Source of the DNA: Opitutaceae bacterium
GTDB lineage: Bacteria; Verrucomicrobiota; Verrucomicrobiia; Opitutales; Opitutaceae
Length of the DNA: 64,000 nucleotides
Assembly (NCBI GenBank): GCA_016794665.1
Contig: JAEUHB010000102.1
Location: forward strand, 454-64,453
Direction of reading: 5' to 3'
Shown here: positions 18,833 through 29,423 of the stretch, piece by piece
How positions within the stretch are numbered: position 1 is the first letter of the stretch
Layout: the number at the start of each line of letters is the position of its first letter
Position numbers and translations under genes: made by a program
The notes under the pieces: generated by a model
What the model saw: only the letters and a program-made list of their open reading frames with translations
Told to the model about the DNA's origin: nothing
The model's database searches: none

Positions 18833-18946
18833 GCGCGGCGATCGCAGTGCGAGGGCTCTGGCCGGTCAATAGACAGGGATGCACGCCACCGCACAGTCGC
18901 GCGCGAGCAGCGCCGGCACAATTGCGGCCGCGGCGGACTCGCCCGA

Positions 18947-19717
18947 TCAGGGAGCTTTTTTCTCCGGCTCCTTCTTGCCGCCGAAGAGGCCCTTGATGGC
19001 GTCGCCGGCTTTCTTGATGCCTTCGGCACTCGCGGCGCCGCCGGTCTTGAGCAAGTCGCTCGCAGCGCCCGTGGTGGCGCCCACGATTTTCCCGACCACT
19101 TGCTTCATCACGATCGATGCGGCTTGGGCGGCGGTGACGCCACCCTCCTGGGTGCCGAGTTCGTCGATTTCTATGGCGGGGAGGGCGACAGTCGTGGCCG
19201 CGGGGCCGACGCCGACGCGGACCTTGCCGTCGAGCAGGCGGAATTTCTTCACGGCGAACTTCGTCGGCGTGCCCGTGGCGGGCGCCGGGACCTTGTTGTC
19301 GCCGGCCGGCTTGGTCGGGCCGACGGCCTGCTCGATGTTCTTGAGCAGGTCGGCGACGTTGCTCGAGACGATCTTGGTCTCGTAGTTGAAGACCGGGGCC
19401 TCGATGACGACCTCGTTGATGACGATGTGATCGCCCCGCAGGGAGGAAGGGACGATGTTGACGTGGATCTTCCCGAGCGACGCGAGGTCGTTTTCGCTCC
19501 AGCCCTTGGGGTTGCCGATGACGAGGTTGGTGAGTGTCCCTTCGCCGCTGAGCGGCGAAATCTTTGCGCTCGCGAGCGTGAGCTTCGTCTGGGTGAGCTG
19601 CGGGCCATATTTGTTCACTCCCGCCGTGACGATGTCGCCCAAGTTCATCGAGACATAGACAATCGCACCGACGACGAGGAGGGCGAGGAGGGCGAGGACG
19701 ATGAGAAGTTTCTTCAT
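18947..19717 (-). CDS. membrane-anchored protein of unknown function (AsmA-N-terminal-like by eye)
   Basis: N-terminal [24 protein letters not shown]. Then [38 protein letters not shown]...[16 protein letters not shown], and a Gly/Ala/Lys-rich tail. Confidence 0.6.
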   Translation of the reverse strand: MKKLLIVLALLALLVVGAIVYVSMNLGDIVTAGVNKYGPQLTQTKLTLASAKISPLSGEGTLTNLVIGNPKGWSENDLASLGKIHVNIVPSSLRGDHIVINEVVIEAPVFNYETKIVSSNVADLLKNIEQAVGPTKPAGDNKVPAPATGTPTKFAVKKFRLLDGKVRVGVGPAATTVALPAIEIDELGTQEGGVTAAQAASIVMKQVVGKIVGATTGAASDLLKTGGAASAEGIKKAGDAIKGLFGGKKEPEKKAP

Positions 19718-19836
19718 GGGAGCTTTGTCGCGCGGACCGTAGGCCTGCGCGCCCGCTACGCAAGGCCGCAGGCTTTTCGCTTGTCAGGATCGCAGGCGGT
19801 CCGACGCTCTCGCGCCAATCACCGTTCGCACCACCC

Positions 19837-21678
19837 ATGGCCCAAGCCTATACCGAAGCCTCCATCAAGACCCTCAGCTCGCTCGAGCACATCCGGCTCC
19901 GCCCCGGCATGTATATCGGCCGCCTCGGCAATGGCTCGCACGCGGAGGACGGCATCTACGTGCTGCTCAAGGAGACGATCGACAACTGCATCGACGAATA
20001 CACGATGGGCCACGGCAAGAAGATCGAGGTCGAGCTGCACGAGCGCACCCTGCGCGTGCGCGACTACGGCCGCGGCATCCCGCTCGGCAAGCTCATTGAC
20101 TGCGTCTCGATCATCAACACGGGCGCGAAATACGACAGCGAGACCTTCCAGAAATCCGTCGGCCTGAACGGCGTCGGCCAGAAGGCCGTCAACGCCCTCG
20201 CGCTCGAGTATCACGCGCAGGCGTTTCGCGACGGGCAGACGAAGCGCGTCGAGTTCGAGAAGGGAAAGCTCAAGAAGGACCACAAGATCGCCAAGAGCGA
20301 CGAGCGCGCCGGCACGTTGATTGAGTTCACCCCGGACGAGGCGCTGTTCGGCAAGGACTTCAAGTTCCGCGCGGAGTTCATCGAGGACATGCTGTGGAAC
20401 TACGCCTTCCTCAACCGCGGCCTCACGCTGACCTTCAACGGCAAGGCGTTTCGCTCGGAGAACGGCCTCAAGGACCTCCTGCAGAAGAATCTGAGCGGCG
20501 AGCCGCTCTACCCGATCATCCACCTCGAGGGCGACGACATCGAGGTGGCCTTCACCCACGGCGGGCACTACGGCGAGGAGTATTACTCGTTCGTCAACGG
20601 CCAGCACACCACGATGGGCGGCACGCACCTCGCGGCGTTTCGCGAGGCGCTGGTCGAGACGGTGCGCAATTTCTTCAAGAAGGACTTCGACGCCGCGGAC
20701 ATCCGCCAGTCCATCGACGCCGCCGTGTCGGTGCGCGTGATGGAGCCGGTCTTCGAGTCGCAGACGAAGACCAAGCTCGGCTCCGCCGCCGTCGGGCCCA
20801 ACGGCCCGAGCCTGAAGGAATTTGTCGGCAAGTTCATCCAGCAGTCGCTCGACGTGTATCTCCACAAGAACAAGGAGACCGCCGAGGCGATGAAGCGGAA
20901 GATCGAGGAGAGCGAGATCGAGCGCAAGGAGCTCGCCGGCATCCGCAACATCGCGCGCGAGCGCGCGAAGAAGGCCTCGCTGCACAACAAGAAGCTCCGC
21001 GACTGCCGCCTCCACCTGGGCGATCGCAACGAGCGCGCCGAGCAGAGCACGCTCTTTATCGTCGAGGGTGACAGCGCCGCTGGTTCGCTCACCGCCACGC
21101 GAGACGTGCAGACGCAGGCCGTCTTCGCGCTCAAAGGAAAGCCGCTCAACACCTACGGCCTCTCGAAGAAAGTGATTTATGAGAACGAGGAGTTCCACCT
21201 CCTCCAGTCCGCGCTCAACATCGAGGAGGGCATGGACGGCCTTCGCTACAACAAGATCGTGATCGCGACCGACGCCGACGTGGACGGCATGCACATCCGC
21301 CTGCTGCTGATTTCGTTTTTCCTGCAGTTCTTCCCCGACCTCATCCGCAACGGCCACCTCTACATCCTCGAGACGCCGCTCTTCCGCGTGCGCAACAAGA
21401 AGGAGACGATCTACTGCTACTCCGAGGAGGAGAAGCAGGCCGCGATGATGAAGCTCCGCGCCGGCCACGAGATCACGCGCTTCAAGGGTTTGGGCGAAAT
21501 CTCCGCGGGCGAGTTCAAGGACTTCATCGGGGAGAACATCCGCCTCGAGCCCGTGACGCTCAACCACCTCCACAACAGCGACGAGCTCCTCGGTTTCTTC
21601 ATGGGCAAGAACACCCCGGAGCGGCAGGACTTCATCATCGACAACCTGAAGGTGGAAAAAGATCTGGTGGAGGTGTGA
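19837..21678 (+). CDS. parE: type IIA DNA topoisomerase subunit B, short form (topoisomerase IV ParE-like)
   Basis: [32 protein letters not shown] (GHKL ATPase), [12 protein letters not shown], the Toprim EGDSAAGS motif and [16 protein letters not shown]. The 613-aa length fits ParE-type rather than long GyrB. Confidence 0.8.
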   Translation: MAQAYTEASIKTLSSLEHIRLRPGMYIGRLGNGSHAEDGIYVLLKETIDNCIDEYTMGHGKKIEVELHERTLRVRDYGRGIPLGKLIDCVSIINTGAKYDSETFQKSVGLNGVGQKAVNALALEYHAQAFRDGQTKRVEFEKGKLKKDHKIAKSDERAGTLIEFTPDEALFGKDFKFRAEFIEDMLWNYAFLNRGLTLTFNGKAFRSENGLKDLLQKNLSGEPLYPIIHLEGDDIEVAFTHGGHYGEEYYSFVNGQHTTMGGTHLAAFREALVETVRNFFKKDFDAADIRQSIDAAVSVRVMEPVFESQTKTKLGSAAVGPNGPSLKEFVGKFIQQSLDVYLHKNKETAEAMKRKIEESEIERKELAGIRNIARERAKKASLHNKKLRDCRLHLGDRNERAEQSTLFIVEGDSAAGSLTATRDVQTQAVFALKGKPLNTYGLSKKVIYENEEFHLLQSALNIEEGMDGLRYNKIVIATDADVDGMHIRLLLISFFLQFFPDLIRNGHLYILETPLFRVRNKKETIYCYSEEEKQAAMMKLRAGHEITRFKGLGEISAGEFKDFIGENIRLEPVTLNHLHNSDELLGFFMGKNTPERQDFIIDNLKVEKDLVEV

Positions 21679-22898
21679 TGCACGGCCGGGGGAAAATCGC
21701 CGTCGGCCGGGCGATTTTCGCCGCGCTTTGCCTCGTCGCGCTGGCGGGCTGCGTCTCGACGCCGGCGCCGCGCGTGTCGCTCGCGGGCATCCCGCCCGAG
21801 CGGCTCGCGCAGGCGCAGGCCAACCTCGCGGTGTTCGAGCGCGCGTGGGCCCTCGTTGCCGACCGCCACTACGATGCGAAGCTCGGCGGCATGGATTGGA
21901 AGACGAGAGGGGAGAAATTCGGCGCGCAGGCGGCCGCCGCGAAGGACGAGGCCGCGCTCTACGCGGTGCTCAATACCATGGTCGAGCCGCTGGACGACAG
22001 CCACACCCACGCCATCGCGCCCAAGCGTGCGCGTGAGCGCCGGACCCAGCAAAGCGCCCGCACCGGCTTTGCGATGACCCGCATCGAGAACCGCTGGGTC
22101 GTGAACGAAGTGCTGCCCGGGAGCCCGGCCGCCGAAGCGGGGATCCAGGCCGGGTGGATTGCCCTCTCGCGCAACGGCGTGCCGCTGGGCGCGCGCACGC
22201 GCTTCAGCGCGACGGAAGGCGAGCGGATCAACTGGGTGTTCCTCGACGCGGCGGACCGCGAGGTGCCGGTGAGCGCGGTGGCGCGGACGCTTTCGACGGC
22301 GCCACGACAGGAGGCACGGGCGCTCGAAGGCGGCTTCGTCTATCTGCGCTTTGATGAGTTCGACGGTCCCGACCGACGTTGGCTGGGCCGGGAACTGACG
22401 AAGCACGCCGCGGCGCCCGGCGTGGTCGTGGACCTCCGGCGCAACCCGGGTGGGGAAACGCTCTCGCTAGGAATCATCGTCGGCGAGTTTTTCGATCGGC
22501 GGGTGGATTGCGGGACGTTCATCACGCGCGACGGGAGCCGCAGCGTGAAGCACTCCTGGCAGCTTGGCTCGGCGAACTACGCGGGCAAGGTGGCGGTGCT
22601 CGTCGACAGCGCGACGGGGAGCGCGGCCGAGATTTTCGCGGCGGTGCTGCAGGATCACGGGCGCGCGACCATCGTGGGGCGAAAGACGGCCGGCGCCGTG
22701 CTTGCGAGCCGGTTCTACCGCCTGCCCGACGGCGGCGAGCTGCAGCTTAGCCGCGAGGACTACGTCGCACCAAAGGGCCGGCGGATCGAGGGCACGGGTG
22801 TCGAGCCCGATGTAAAGGTCGAGCGTGCGCTCGCGGATCTGCGTGCGGGCCGGGATCCGGACATCGAGGCGGCGTTGCGGGTGCTTCGCGCGCCATAG
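21675..22898 (+). CDS. S41-family C-terminal processing peptidase, lipoprotein
   Basis: Lipobox LVALAGC, a PDZ-like region ([20 protein letters not shown]), DLRRNPGGE and [15 protein letters not shown]. The start is either GTG 21675 or ATG 21678, and both overlap the parE stop (21676-21678). Confidence 0.8.
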   Translation: MMHGRGKIAVGRAIFAALCLVALAGCVSTPAPRVSLAGIPPERLAQAQANLAVFERAWALVADRHYDAKLGGMDWKTRGEKFGAQAAAAKDEAALYAVLNTMVEPLDDSHTHAIAPKRARERRTQQSARTGFAMTRIENRWVVNEVLPGSPAAEAGIQAGWIALSRNGVPLGARTRFSATEGERINWVFLDAADREVPVSAVARTLSTAPRQEARALEGGFVYLRFDEFDGPDRRWLGRELTKHAAAPGVVVDLRRNPGGETLSLGIIVGEFFDRRVDCGTFITRDGSRSVKHSWQLGSANYAGKVAVLVDSATGSAAEIFAAVLQDHGRATIVGRKTAGAVLASRFYRLPDGGELQLSREDYVAPKGRRIEGTGVEPDVKVERALADLRAGRDPDIEAALRVLRAP

Positions 22899-22910
22899 TC
22901 GCTTGTGAAC

Positions 22911-23438
22911 TTACTGCGGCACAGCGGCGCGCGCGGCGTCGAGAGCGGCTTGGAATGGCGCGAGGTGAGCGAGAAGGGCCGAGATTTCAGCGCTGGTCGG
23001 CGCCGTGGGATCAGCCGAGGCGGGAGGCGGGCCGTGACGCGTGAGGCACCGCTCAAGGATCGCGCTCGCTTCTCCGGTGGAAAGGGTGCCGCCGAAAAGG
23101 AAACCCGGGTGCGGGTCCGTTGCGGCGGCCGCTGATTCAACGAGCTTCACGACCGCAAAGCTGCTGAAAACCAGCTGACGCAGCGCTCGCTCGCCGCCGG
23201 ATCGGAGGTGGCCATGGCGATCGCACACCGCGACCAAGCCGGCGGTGCGGTGTGCGCGCTGAAGCCGGGTGGCGGCGACCAGAACGGCGAGCTCACCTGC
23301 GCCGTTGCGCACCGGGTCACCTGGAACCCAGGCGGCACCGCGCAGCACGGCGATGCCGGGAGTCGATTCAGGCTTGGCGCAAACGGGGCTGCCGACGGCG
23401 AGGGTGAGACAAAAGCGGAAAAGCACGGGCCGCAACAT
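22911..23438 (-). CDS. hypothetical exported protein
   Basis: Signal-like N-terminus MLRPVLFRFCLTLAVGSPVCA and G/C-rich third codon positions. No motif I recognise. Last gene of the long minus-strand array. Confidence 0.5.
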   Translation of the reverse strand: MLRPVLFRFCLTLAVGSPVCAKPESTPGIAVLRGAAWVPGDPVRNGAGELAVLVAATRLQRAHRTAGLVAVCDRHGHLRSGGERALRQLVFSSFAVVKLVESAAAATDPHPGFLFGGTLSTGEASAILERCLTRHGPPPASADPTAPTSAEISALLAHLAPFQAALDAARAAVPQ

Positions 23439-23498
23439 GCGGACCGCAGAGCAGGTCCGATGCCGTCGACCCGGTCGCGGAGCGGACGATCGCCTTCG

Positions 23499-24185
23499 TT
23501 ACGAACGTGGCGGAGCTGAGGCCGCCGCGAGGGCCGCTCGCAGCTCGCCGCGGATCTCATCCGGCTGGTGCGCGAGCTGGGCGAGACAGATTTCGAGCAC
23601 GCGCGGGTGGTCCGCGGCGTGCCGCGCCAAGGCAAGGCGCGCGGCGGACGTGAGCTGCGGATCGTTGCTGCCGAAGCCATCCAGGATCGCGACGATGTGG
23701 CGCTCGTGGCCAGTGGCGAGGAACGCACCCCACTGGAGCCGCATCGACGACGGCGACCGGACCGTCGTTTCCGCCAAGACCTGGGGCGGCAGTGTGGCCA
23801 AGTGCTCGATTTCGGCGCGAACCGGAGACGAGGTGGAGAGGGAGCGAAGCAGCCCGTTGCCCAGCGGATGACCCGATTGCCAGATGGCGGCGGCCAGTAG
23901 CCGCTGAACGCGTGCCGGCTGGGTCCGGAGTTGCGTGAGCCAGGTCTCGACTCGATCGGGCTGGGCGGCGAAGACGGCGGCAATGAAGCCGATGGCGACC
24001 GCCGTGTTTCCCTCGCGGTCCAGGTAGCCGGATTGGCTGAGGCGCTCAACTGCGCGGGGCAACTCGGCCGGCTGAGGATTAAGGTAGTAGGTTTCGAGCC
24101 AGGCTTGGGCGGAGACTTCCGCGCGGAGGGGGAGCGCAGCGGCGAGCGCGAGGCCGGCCAGCGAAACGCGAAATGAAGTTTTCAT
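23499..24185 (-). CDS. hypothetical exported, helical-repeat-like protein
   Basis: Trimmed to Met 24185, giving signal peptide MKTSFRVSLAGLALAAALPLRA. Leu/Ala-rich repeats. No recognisable catalytic motif. Confidence 0.55.
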   Translation of the reverse strand: MKTSFRVSLAGLALAAALPLRAEVSAQAWLETYYLNPQPAELPRAVERLSQSGYLDREGNTAVAIGFIAAVFAAQPDRVETWLTQLRTQPARVQRLLAAAIWQSGHPLGNGLLRSLSTSSPVRAEIEHLATLPPQVLAETTVRSPSSMRLQWGAFLATGHERHIVAILDGFGSNDPQLTSAARLALARHAADHPRVLEICLAQLAHQPDEIRGELRAALAAASAPPRS

Positions 24186-24204
24186 CGGGGTGGGCAACAA
24201 TCAG

Positions 24205-24249
24205 GGTGAACCGGGCGCGAGCAGGGTGCTCGCATCGGGTCGGTTCACC
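24205..24249 (-). other. compound GC-rich hairpin in the intergenic leader
   Basis: Outer stem ggtgaaccg (24205-24213) / cggttcacc (24241-24249) encloses an inner stem gcgagca (24217-24223) / tgctcgc (24227-24233). It starts 20 nt upstream of the ATG at 24185 and has no U-tract. Confidence 0.4.
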
Positions 24250-24411
24250 GTAGAATCGGAGCAAATCGCGTCGAGTCCGCGATGGGTGAAATGTTTTCAT
24301 CGGCGAGTGCCGACCGATGCGTGTTCGGCGGAGCGAAAGGCTGAGCGAAACCGAGATTCCGCGGCGCCCCAGCTACGCGGCGGGCCGGCGGGATGCTTCC
24401 CGGAGCTGTCC

Positions 24412-26094
24412 TTACTGCGAGGCGGCCGCCGTCGTAAGCAGCGCGGGCGTGGAAGCCGGCGGTTGCCGGTGTCGAGTCGCCTGCTCGTAGGCGTAGGCGA
24501 GCTTGATGAGCTCGGCGTCGCTGTAGGGCAGGCCGAGGAAGGCGAGGCCGGCGGGAGTGCCGTCGACAGTGAAGCCCATCGGCACCGTGATCGTCGGCGT
24601 GTAGATGAGGAACGTGTTCAGCGAGACAACGCCGCCGTTGCTCTTGTAGGGCGGCGTGGTGGCTTCCTCGATCAGCGTGGGCTGGTGCTCGACCGCCTTG
24701 TAGGCGAGGGCGGTGACCTTGGCGTCGGCCATGGCCTTGGCCATGTTTTGCAGGAGCTGCTCGCGGGCGCGTATGCCTTCCAGGATACGCGCGGGGTCGG
24801 CCTGACGAGCGCCGCCGGTGCGGCCGCCACCGCCGGAGTAACCCACACCGGATGCGGCGGCGCTCTCGGGATGCGCGGCGCGATACTTGGCGACGGTGGT
24901 CTTGAAACTCGTCGCCATCGCGGGATGCGCATCGATGTCGGCTTGGTTCTTGAATTGAGAGTTCGGATTCCGCGCGAGGTAGACGCGGAGCGCTTCGGCG
25001 GTGAGTGCGGGATCGCCGCCGCGTTTCGATTGCAGGGCGACGCGATCGGGGATCGTGACGTCGACGAGTGTGGCGCCGGCGGCCTGCAGATCGGCGAGGG
25101 CTTTTTGGAAGAGGGCGTCGACTTTCTTGAAGTCCTCGGAGTCGGGGCGGGAGCCGCTGCCGATCGCCTCGCGGATGACGCCGATGCGCGCGCCCTTGAG
25201 GCCGTTCTTTTCGAGGTAGGAGGTGTAGGTCTTCGGCGTGTGCTGGAGGCCGAAGGCGGTGATCGGGTCCTCGGGGTCGTAGCCGACCATAATATCCATA
25301 AGCCTCGCGAGATCGGTGACGGTGCGCGTCATCGGCCCCATCTGCGCGGTGGGCACGGGATGTCCGTCCCACATGCCGGTGCGGCTGATGAGGCCGGGCG
25401 TGGCGCGCATGCCGGCGAGGGCGCCCCAGGCGGCGGGGCGTTTGAGTGAGGAACTCGTTTCCTCGCCGAGGGAGAGGATGCCGAAGTTGGCAGCGAGCGC
25501 ACCGCCGGCGCCACCCGAGGAGCCGCCGACGGTGCGGTCGAGGGCGTAGGGATTGCGCGAGTTGCCGGTGAGGGCGCTGTAGGTGTCGCCGCCGGCGAAT
25601 TCACTGAGCGTCGTCTTCGCCAGAATGATGGCGCCGGCCGCGCGGAGCCTGGCGACGACGAAGGAATCGAGCGGGGTGACGTAGTCTTTGAACACCACGG
25701 TGCCCTGCGTGGTGGCCATGCCGGCGACGTCGATCTCGTCTTTCACGAGCACGGGGATGCCGTGCAGCGGGCCGACGAGTTGGCCGGTCTTGGCGAACTC
25801 GGCGTCGAGCTTGTCCGCATCCGCGAGCGCGCCGGGATTCACGGCGACGATGCACCGGATTGCGGGACCCTTGAGATCGTAGGCGGCGATGCGGTCGAGA
25901 TAGGCCTGCGTGAGCTGGCGCACGGTGAAGCGTTTCGCGGCGAAGCCCGCGTGGGCGTCGGCGATGGTCAGCTCAAGCACATCGACGGTCGCCGCAGTCA
26001 GGCGGGTGGCGGTGAACGAGACGACGGCGGCGGCACACGCAATCGTGGCGGCGGTGCGCCGAAAGGCGCGCGAGGGAAACGAGGTGGATAGCAT
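24412..26094 (-). CDS. amidase-signature (AS) family amidase, exported (paralogue 1)
   Basis: Trimmed to Met 26094 (MLSTSFPSRAFRRTAATIACAAAVVSF...). LHGIPVLVKDEID (catalytic Lys region), GGSSGGAG and GEETSSSLKRPA in the position of the GGS-IR nucleophile block. Confidence 0.8.
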   Translation of the reverse strand: MLSTSFPSRAFRRTAATIACAAAVVSFTATRLTAATVDVLELTIADAHAGFAAKRFTVRQLTQAYLDRIAAYDLKGPAIRCIVAVNPGALADADKLDAEFAKTGQLVGPLHGIPVLVKDEIDVAGMATTQGTVVFKDYVTPLDSFVVARLRAAGAIILAKTTLSEFAGGDTYSALTGNSRNPYALDRTVGGSSGGAGGALAANFGILSLGEETSSSLKRPAAWGALAGMRATPGLISRTGMWDGHPVPTAQMGPMTRTVTDLARLMDIMVGYDPEDPITAFGLQHTPKTYTSYLEKNGLKGARIGVIREAIGSGSRPDSEDFKKVDALFQKALADLQAAGATLVDVTIPDRVALQSKRGGDPALTAEALRVYLARNPNSQFKNQADIDAHPAMATSFKTTVAKYRAAHPESAAASGVGYSGGGGRTGGARQADPARILEGIRAREQLLQNMAKAMADAKVTALAYKAVEHQPTLIEEATTPPYKSNGGVVSLNTFLIYTPTITVPMGFTVDGTPAGLAFLGLPYSDAELIKLAYAYEQATRHRQPPASTPALLTTAAASQ

Positions 26095-26116
26095 AGAGGG
26101 AGGGCGGGCCGGGAGA

Positions 26117-27721
26117 TCAGCGCGAGACGGCGGCGACCGCGGCGGGCCGCGGTTGGTAGTCAAAGATCTCGCCGGGGAGCGGCGGCGTGGTGGGCGGCAG
26201 TTTGCGGACCTTGGCGAGCTGCTCGAAGGCATAGGCGAGGGCGAAGAGCCGCGGCTCGCTGAACGGGCGGCCGAGAATCTCAAGCGCGATGGGGCCGTTT
26301 TCCTTGGCGGTGTAGCCGGCGGGGACGAGGACGGCGGGCAGGCCGGTGACGGAACTGAACGGGTTGTCGCGCTCGTTGCTACGCTCGGAGATGTGCGGCT
26401 CGGGCGGGAGCGTCTTGAACGGATAGACGAGGGCGTCGAGCCGGTGACGATCCATGAGCGCGATCGCCGCGTCTCGGAGCGTCTCTTGCGTGTCGCGGCG
26501 CGCGAGGTAGTCGGCGTGATGCATGAGCGAGCTGAACTCGCGGTAGCCCTTCACGATGCTCGGCTTCACGAGGTCGCCGCCCTTGGCGAGCAGCTCGTCC
26601 ATGTTGCGGATCGGCGCCTGCGGGCCGAGGCGGCGGAAGTAGAGGCCGTAGGAGAACTGGGCCTCGTAGTAGTTGGTGCGGGTGTCGGCGAGGAGGGTGA
26701 ACAGATCGAGGCCGGTGCTGACCGGTTCGACGATCACGGCGCCGGCGGCCTTCATGTCGCTGATGGCCTTCCCGACGAGCGCGACGCCCTCAGCGTGCGC
26801 AGGGCCCTTGCGAAAGAGATCGCGGAAGACGCCGATGCGCGCACCGCGGAGGGCATCCTTTTTCAGGAACGTGGTGTAAGAGGCGTTGGGCGTGCGGCCG
26901 GGGGAGTTGATCGTGAGGAGGTCCTCGGCGTCGAAGCCCGCGACGACATCGGTGACGACGGCGACGTCGTAAACCGAGCGACCCATCGGGCCGCAGCGCT
27001 CCTGGGCAAACGACGTCATCGTCTGCCCAGTGCGCGGGATGAGGCCGCGCGTGGGGGCGAGGCCGACGAGGGAGTTGTTCGACGTGGGATTGCGGATGGA
27101 GACGCCCGTTTCGCTGCCGAGGCCTACTTGGGCGAACGCGGCGGCGAGGGCGGCGCCGGTGCCGCCGCTGGAGCCGCCGGGCGTGAGCTCGAGGCTGTAG
27201 GGATTGAGGGTGCGGCCGAGGACGGTGCTCTGATCACCCTTCTTCGGCGTGCCGAACCAGTCGCTCATGTTGACCTTGGCGAGGATGATGGCGCCGGCAT
27301 CGCGGAGCCGTTTCACAACGGTGGCGTCGTGGAGCGGCTGGGAGTTCTTCATCGGCAGGAAGCCGCACGAAGTCGGCAGGTCCTTGGTGTCGAAGAGGTC
27401 CTTGAGCACGACGGGCACGCCGTGGAGCGGGGAGCGCGGGCCCTTGGTCTTGCGCTCGGCGTCGAGAGCGCGGGCGGTGGCGATTGCCTGCGCGTTGAGC
27501 GTGATGACCGAGTTGATGCGCGGGCCGGCCTGGTCGTAGGCGGCGATGCGCGCGAGGAAGAGCTGGACGAGTTTCTCCGACGTGAGGGCGCCGGCGTCCA
27601 TCGCGGCGTTGATGTCCGCGACGGTGGCGGTCTGCAGATCGAAGGTCGCGCTGCGCGCGGTGGCGGTGAGCAGGGCGACCGCGAGGGCGGCGGCCTTAGC
27701 GAGCTTGGGCAATGCGCGCAT
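26117..27721 (-). CDS. amidase-signature family amidase, exported (paralogue 2)
   Basis: Trimmed to Met 27721 (MRALPKLAKAAALAVALLTATARSA). LHGVPVVLKDLFD, GGSSGGTG and GSETGVSIRNP. Its start lies 26 nt inside the 3' end of paralogue 3, in a different frame. Confidence 0.85.
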   Translation of the reverse strand: MRALPKLAKAAALAVALLTATARSATFDLQTATVADINAAMDAGALTSEKLVQLFLARIAAYDQAGPRINSVITLNAQAIATARALDAERKTKGPRSPLHGVPVVLKDLFDTKDLPTSCGFLPMKNSQPLHDATVVKRLRDAGAIILAKVNMSDWFGTPKKGDQSTVLGRTLNPYSLELTPGGSSGGTGAALAAAFAQVGLGSETGVSIRNPTSNNSLVGLAPTRGLIPRTGQTMTSFAQERCGPMGRSVYDVAVVTDVVAGFDAEDLLTINSPGRTPNASYTTFLKKDALRGARIGVFRDLFRKGPAHAEGVALVGKAISDMKAAGAVIVEPVSTGLDLFTLLADTRTNYYEAQFSYGLYFRRLGPQAPIRNMDELLAKGGDLVKPSIVKGYREFSSLMHHADYLARRDTQETLRDAAIALMDRHRLDALVYPFKTLPPEPHISERSNERDNPFSSVTGLPAVLVPAGYTAKENGPIALEILGRPFSEPRLFALAYAFEQLAKVRKLPPTTPPLPGEIFDYQPRPAAVAAVSR

Positions 27722-29330
27722 CGGAGGTCTGGTAGGTGAAGGTCTCGCCGGCAAGGGCGGGGGTGGTGGGCGGATTCTTACGGCGCTTGGTGGCCTGCTC
27801 GTAGGCGTGCGCGAGCTTAAGAAGTTCGAGGTCGCTGTTGGCGCGGCCGAGGAACTGGAGTGCGATCGGGAAGTTGTTCGAAGGCACGTAGCCGCTCGGC
27901 ACGACGACCGCCGGCAGGCCGGTCGTGGAGGTGAGGTTGTTGACGCCGGGCCGGTCGCCGTAGCTGCCGCCGCGGCGTTCGCCGGAGCCGCTGCGCGCGG
28001 ACTCGCGCTGCGCGACCACGAGGGTGAACGGCTGCACGAGGGCATCGAGTTTGAACCGGTCCTGCAGCTCGGCGATCAGGTCGATATACATCTGGCGGGC
28101 GGTGTAGCGAGCGAGGTAGTCCGGACTCTGGTGCGGCGGTGGCAGCTCGGCGGCGGTGAGCATCGAGGCGCTGAACTTCTCCTTCCCGACCTTGGCGATC
28201 ATCTCGGCGGTGGACTTGAACGGCGCGGCGGCGCCGAGGCGGGCGAGGTAGGCATCGGTAAACGCGAATTTCTCGTATTCGGCGGTGCGGCCGCGGCCCT
28301 GGCTGGTGTCGGCGGCGATGCCGGGATTGCCGGTAAGGATCGGGTCGACGACGTAGGCGCCGGCGGCGCGCAGATCGGCGATGGCCTGCTCGAAGATCGC
28401 GCGGGCCTCGGCGAACTCCTCGCCGGCGGGGATCATCTCGCGCAGCACGCCGAGGCGTTTGCCCTTGAGCGAGGCGCCCTTGAGCTCCTGCGACCAATCG
28501 CTCTGCGGGAAGTAGCCCATGGGCGCGAAGGTGGTGAAGTCCTCGGCGTCCCAGCCCGCGATGACGGAGAAGAACGCGGCGACGTCGTAGACGCTGCGGG
28601 CCATCGGGCCCGGCCGGTCCTGGGTGGCGCCGCGCGGGACGATGCCCGCGCGGCTGACCATGCCGTAGCTGCCGACCATGCCTACGACGGAGCAGTTGGA
28701 CGACGGGCTCTGCACGGAGACGCTGGTGTCGGTGCCGACGGCGAGCGTCGCAAACGTCGCGGCGAGCGCGACGCCGGAGCCGTTGCTGGAGCCGCCGGGC
28801 GAGAGGGCGAGGTTGTAGGGATTGGGGCTTTCGCCGATCGGGTGGGTGTCGTCGAAGCCGGCGCCGAACCAGTTCGTCGTGGAAACTTTGGCGAGGACGA
28901 TCGCGCCGGCGGCCTTCATGCGGGCGACGATGGTGGCATCGCGCGGCGGGATGGGCGCGCCGAAGGGCTTGAAGCCGGCGGTGGTCGGGAGGCCGGCGGC
29001 GTCGATGAGGTCCTTGAGCACGACGGGCACACCGTGGAGCGGGGAGCGCGGACCCTTGGCTTTGCGCTCGGCGTCGAGGGTGCGGGCCTCGTCGAGGGCC
29101 TTGGGGTTGAGCGTGATCACGCAGTTCACCTTGGGGCCGGCTTTGTCATAGGCCTCGATGCGGGCAAGGTAGAGCTGGAGCAGCTTTTCGGAAGTGAGGG
29201 CGCCGGCATCCATCGCGGCGTTGATGTCGGCGAGATTGGCGGTGGTGAGCTCGAAGGTTCTCGCGGCCGGGAAAGCGTGCGGGGCAGCGGCGAGGAATGC
29301 GGCAAGCGTGAACGAACGAAGTATGTTCAT
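27696..29330 (-). CDS. amidase-signature family amidase, exported (paralogue 3)
   Basis: Signal peptide MNILRSFTLAAFLAAAPHAFPAA. LHGVPVVLKDLID, GGSSNGSG (variant Gly-Ser block) and GTDTSVSVQSP. The N-terminal ~110 aa are nearly collinear with paralogue 2. Confidence 0.85.
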   Translation of the reverse strand: MNILRSFTLAAFLAAAPHAFPAARTFELTTANLADINAAMDAGALTSEKLLQLYLARIEAYDKAGPKVNCVITLNPKALDEARTLDAERKAKGPRSPLHGVPVVLKDLIDAAGLPTTAGFKPFGAPIPPRDATIVARMKAAGAIVLAKVSTTNWFGAGFDDTHPIGESPNPYNLALSPGGSSNGSGVALAATFATLAVGTDTSVSVQSPSSNCSVVGMVGSYGMVSRAGIVPRGATQDRPGPMARSVYDVAAFFSVIAGWDAEDFTTFAPMGYFPQSDWSQELKGASLKGKRLGVLREMIPAGEEFAEARAIFEQAIADLRAAGAYVVDPILTGNPGIAADTSQGRGRTAEYEKFAFTDAYLARLGAAAPFKSTAEMIAKVGKEKFSASMLTAAELPPPHQSPDYLARYTARQMYIDLIAELQDRFKLDALVQPFTLVVAQRESARSGSGERRGGSYGDRPGVNNLTSTTGLPAVVVPSGYVPSNNFPIALQFLGRANSDLELLKLAHAYEQATKRRKNPPTTPALAGETFTYQTSDARIAQAR

Positions 29331-29423
29331 GGGGAAGAGGCGGCGGAGCCGAGGAGGCTCGCGCAGTTGAGGGTGGAGCGGCGAAACGGCGACGGCGCGC
29401 GGCTGCGTGATTGCCGGAAGATT

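Noticed and set aside
27696-27721. Reading the 26-nt overlaps (27696..27721 and 50637..50662) as signs of frameshift, pseudogenisation or sequencing error.
   Set aside because: Both partners at each junction are full-length with intact N- and C-terminal family features. The overlaps are in different frames and are compatible with translational coupling.
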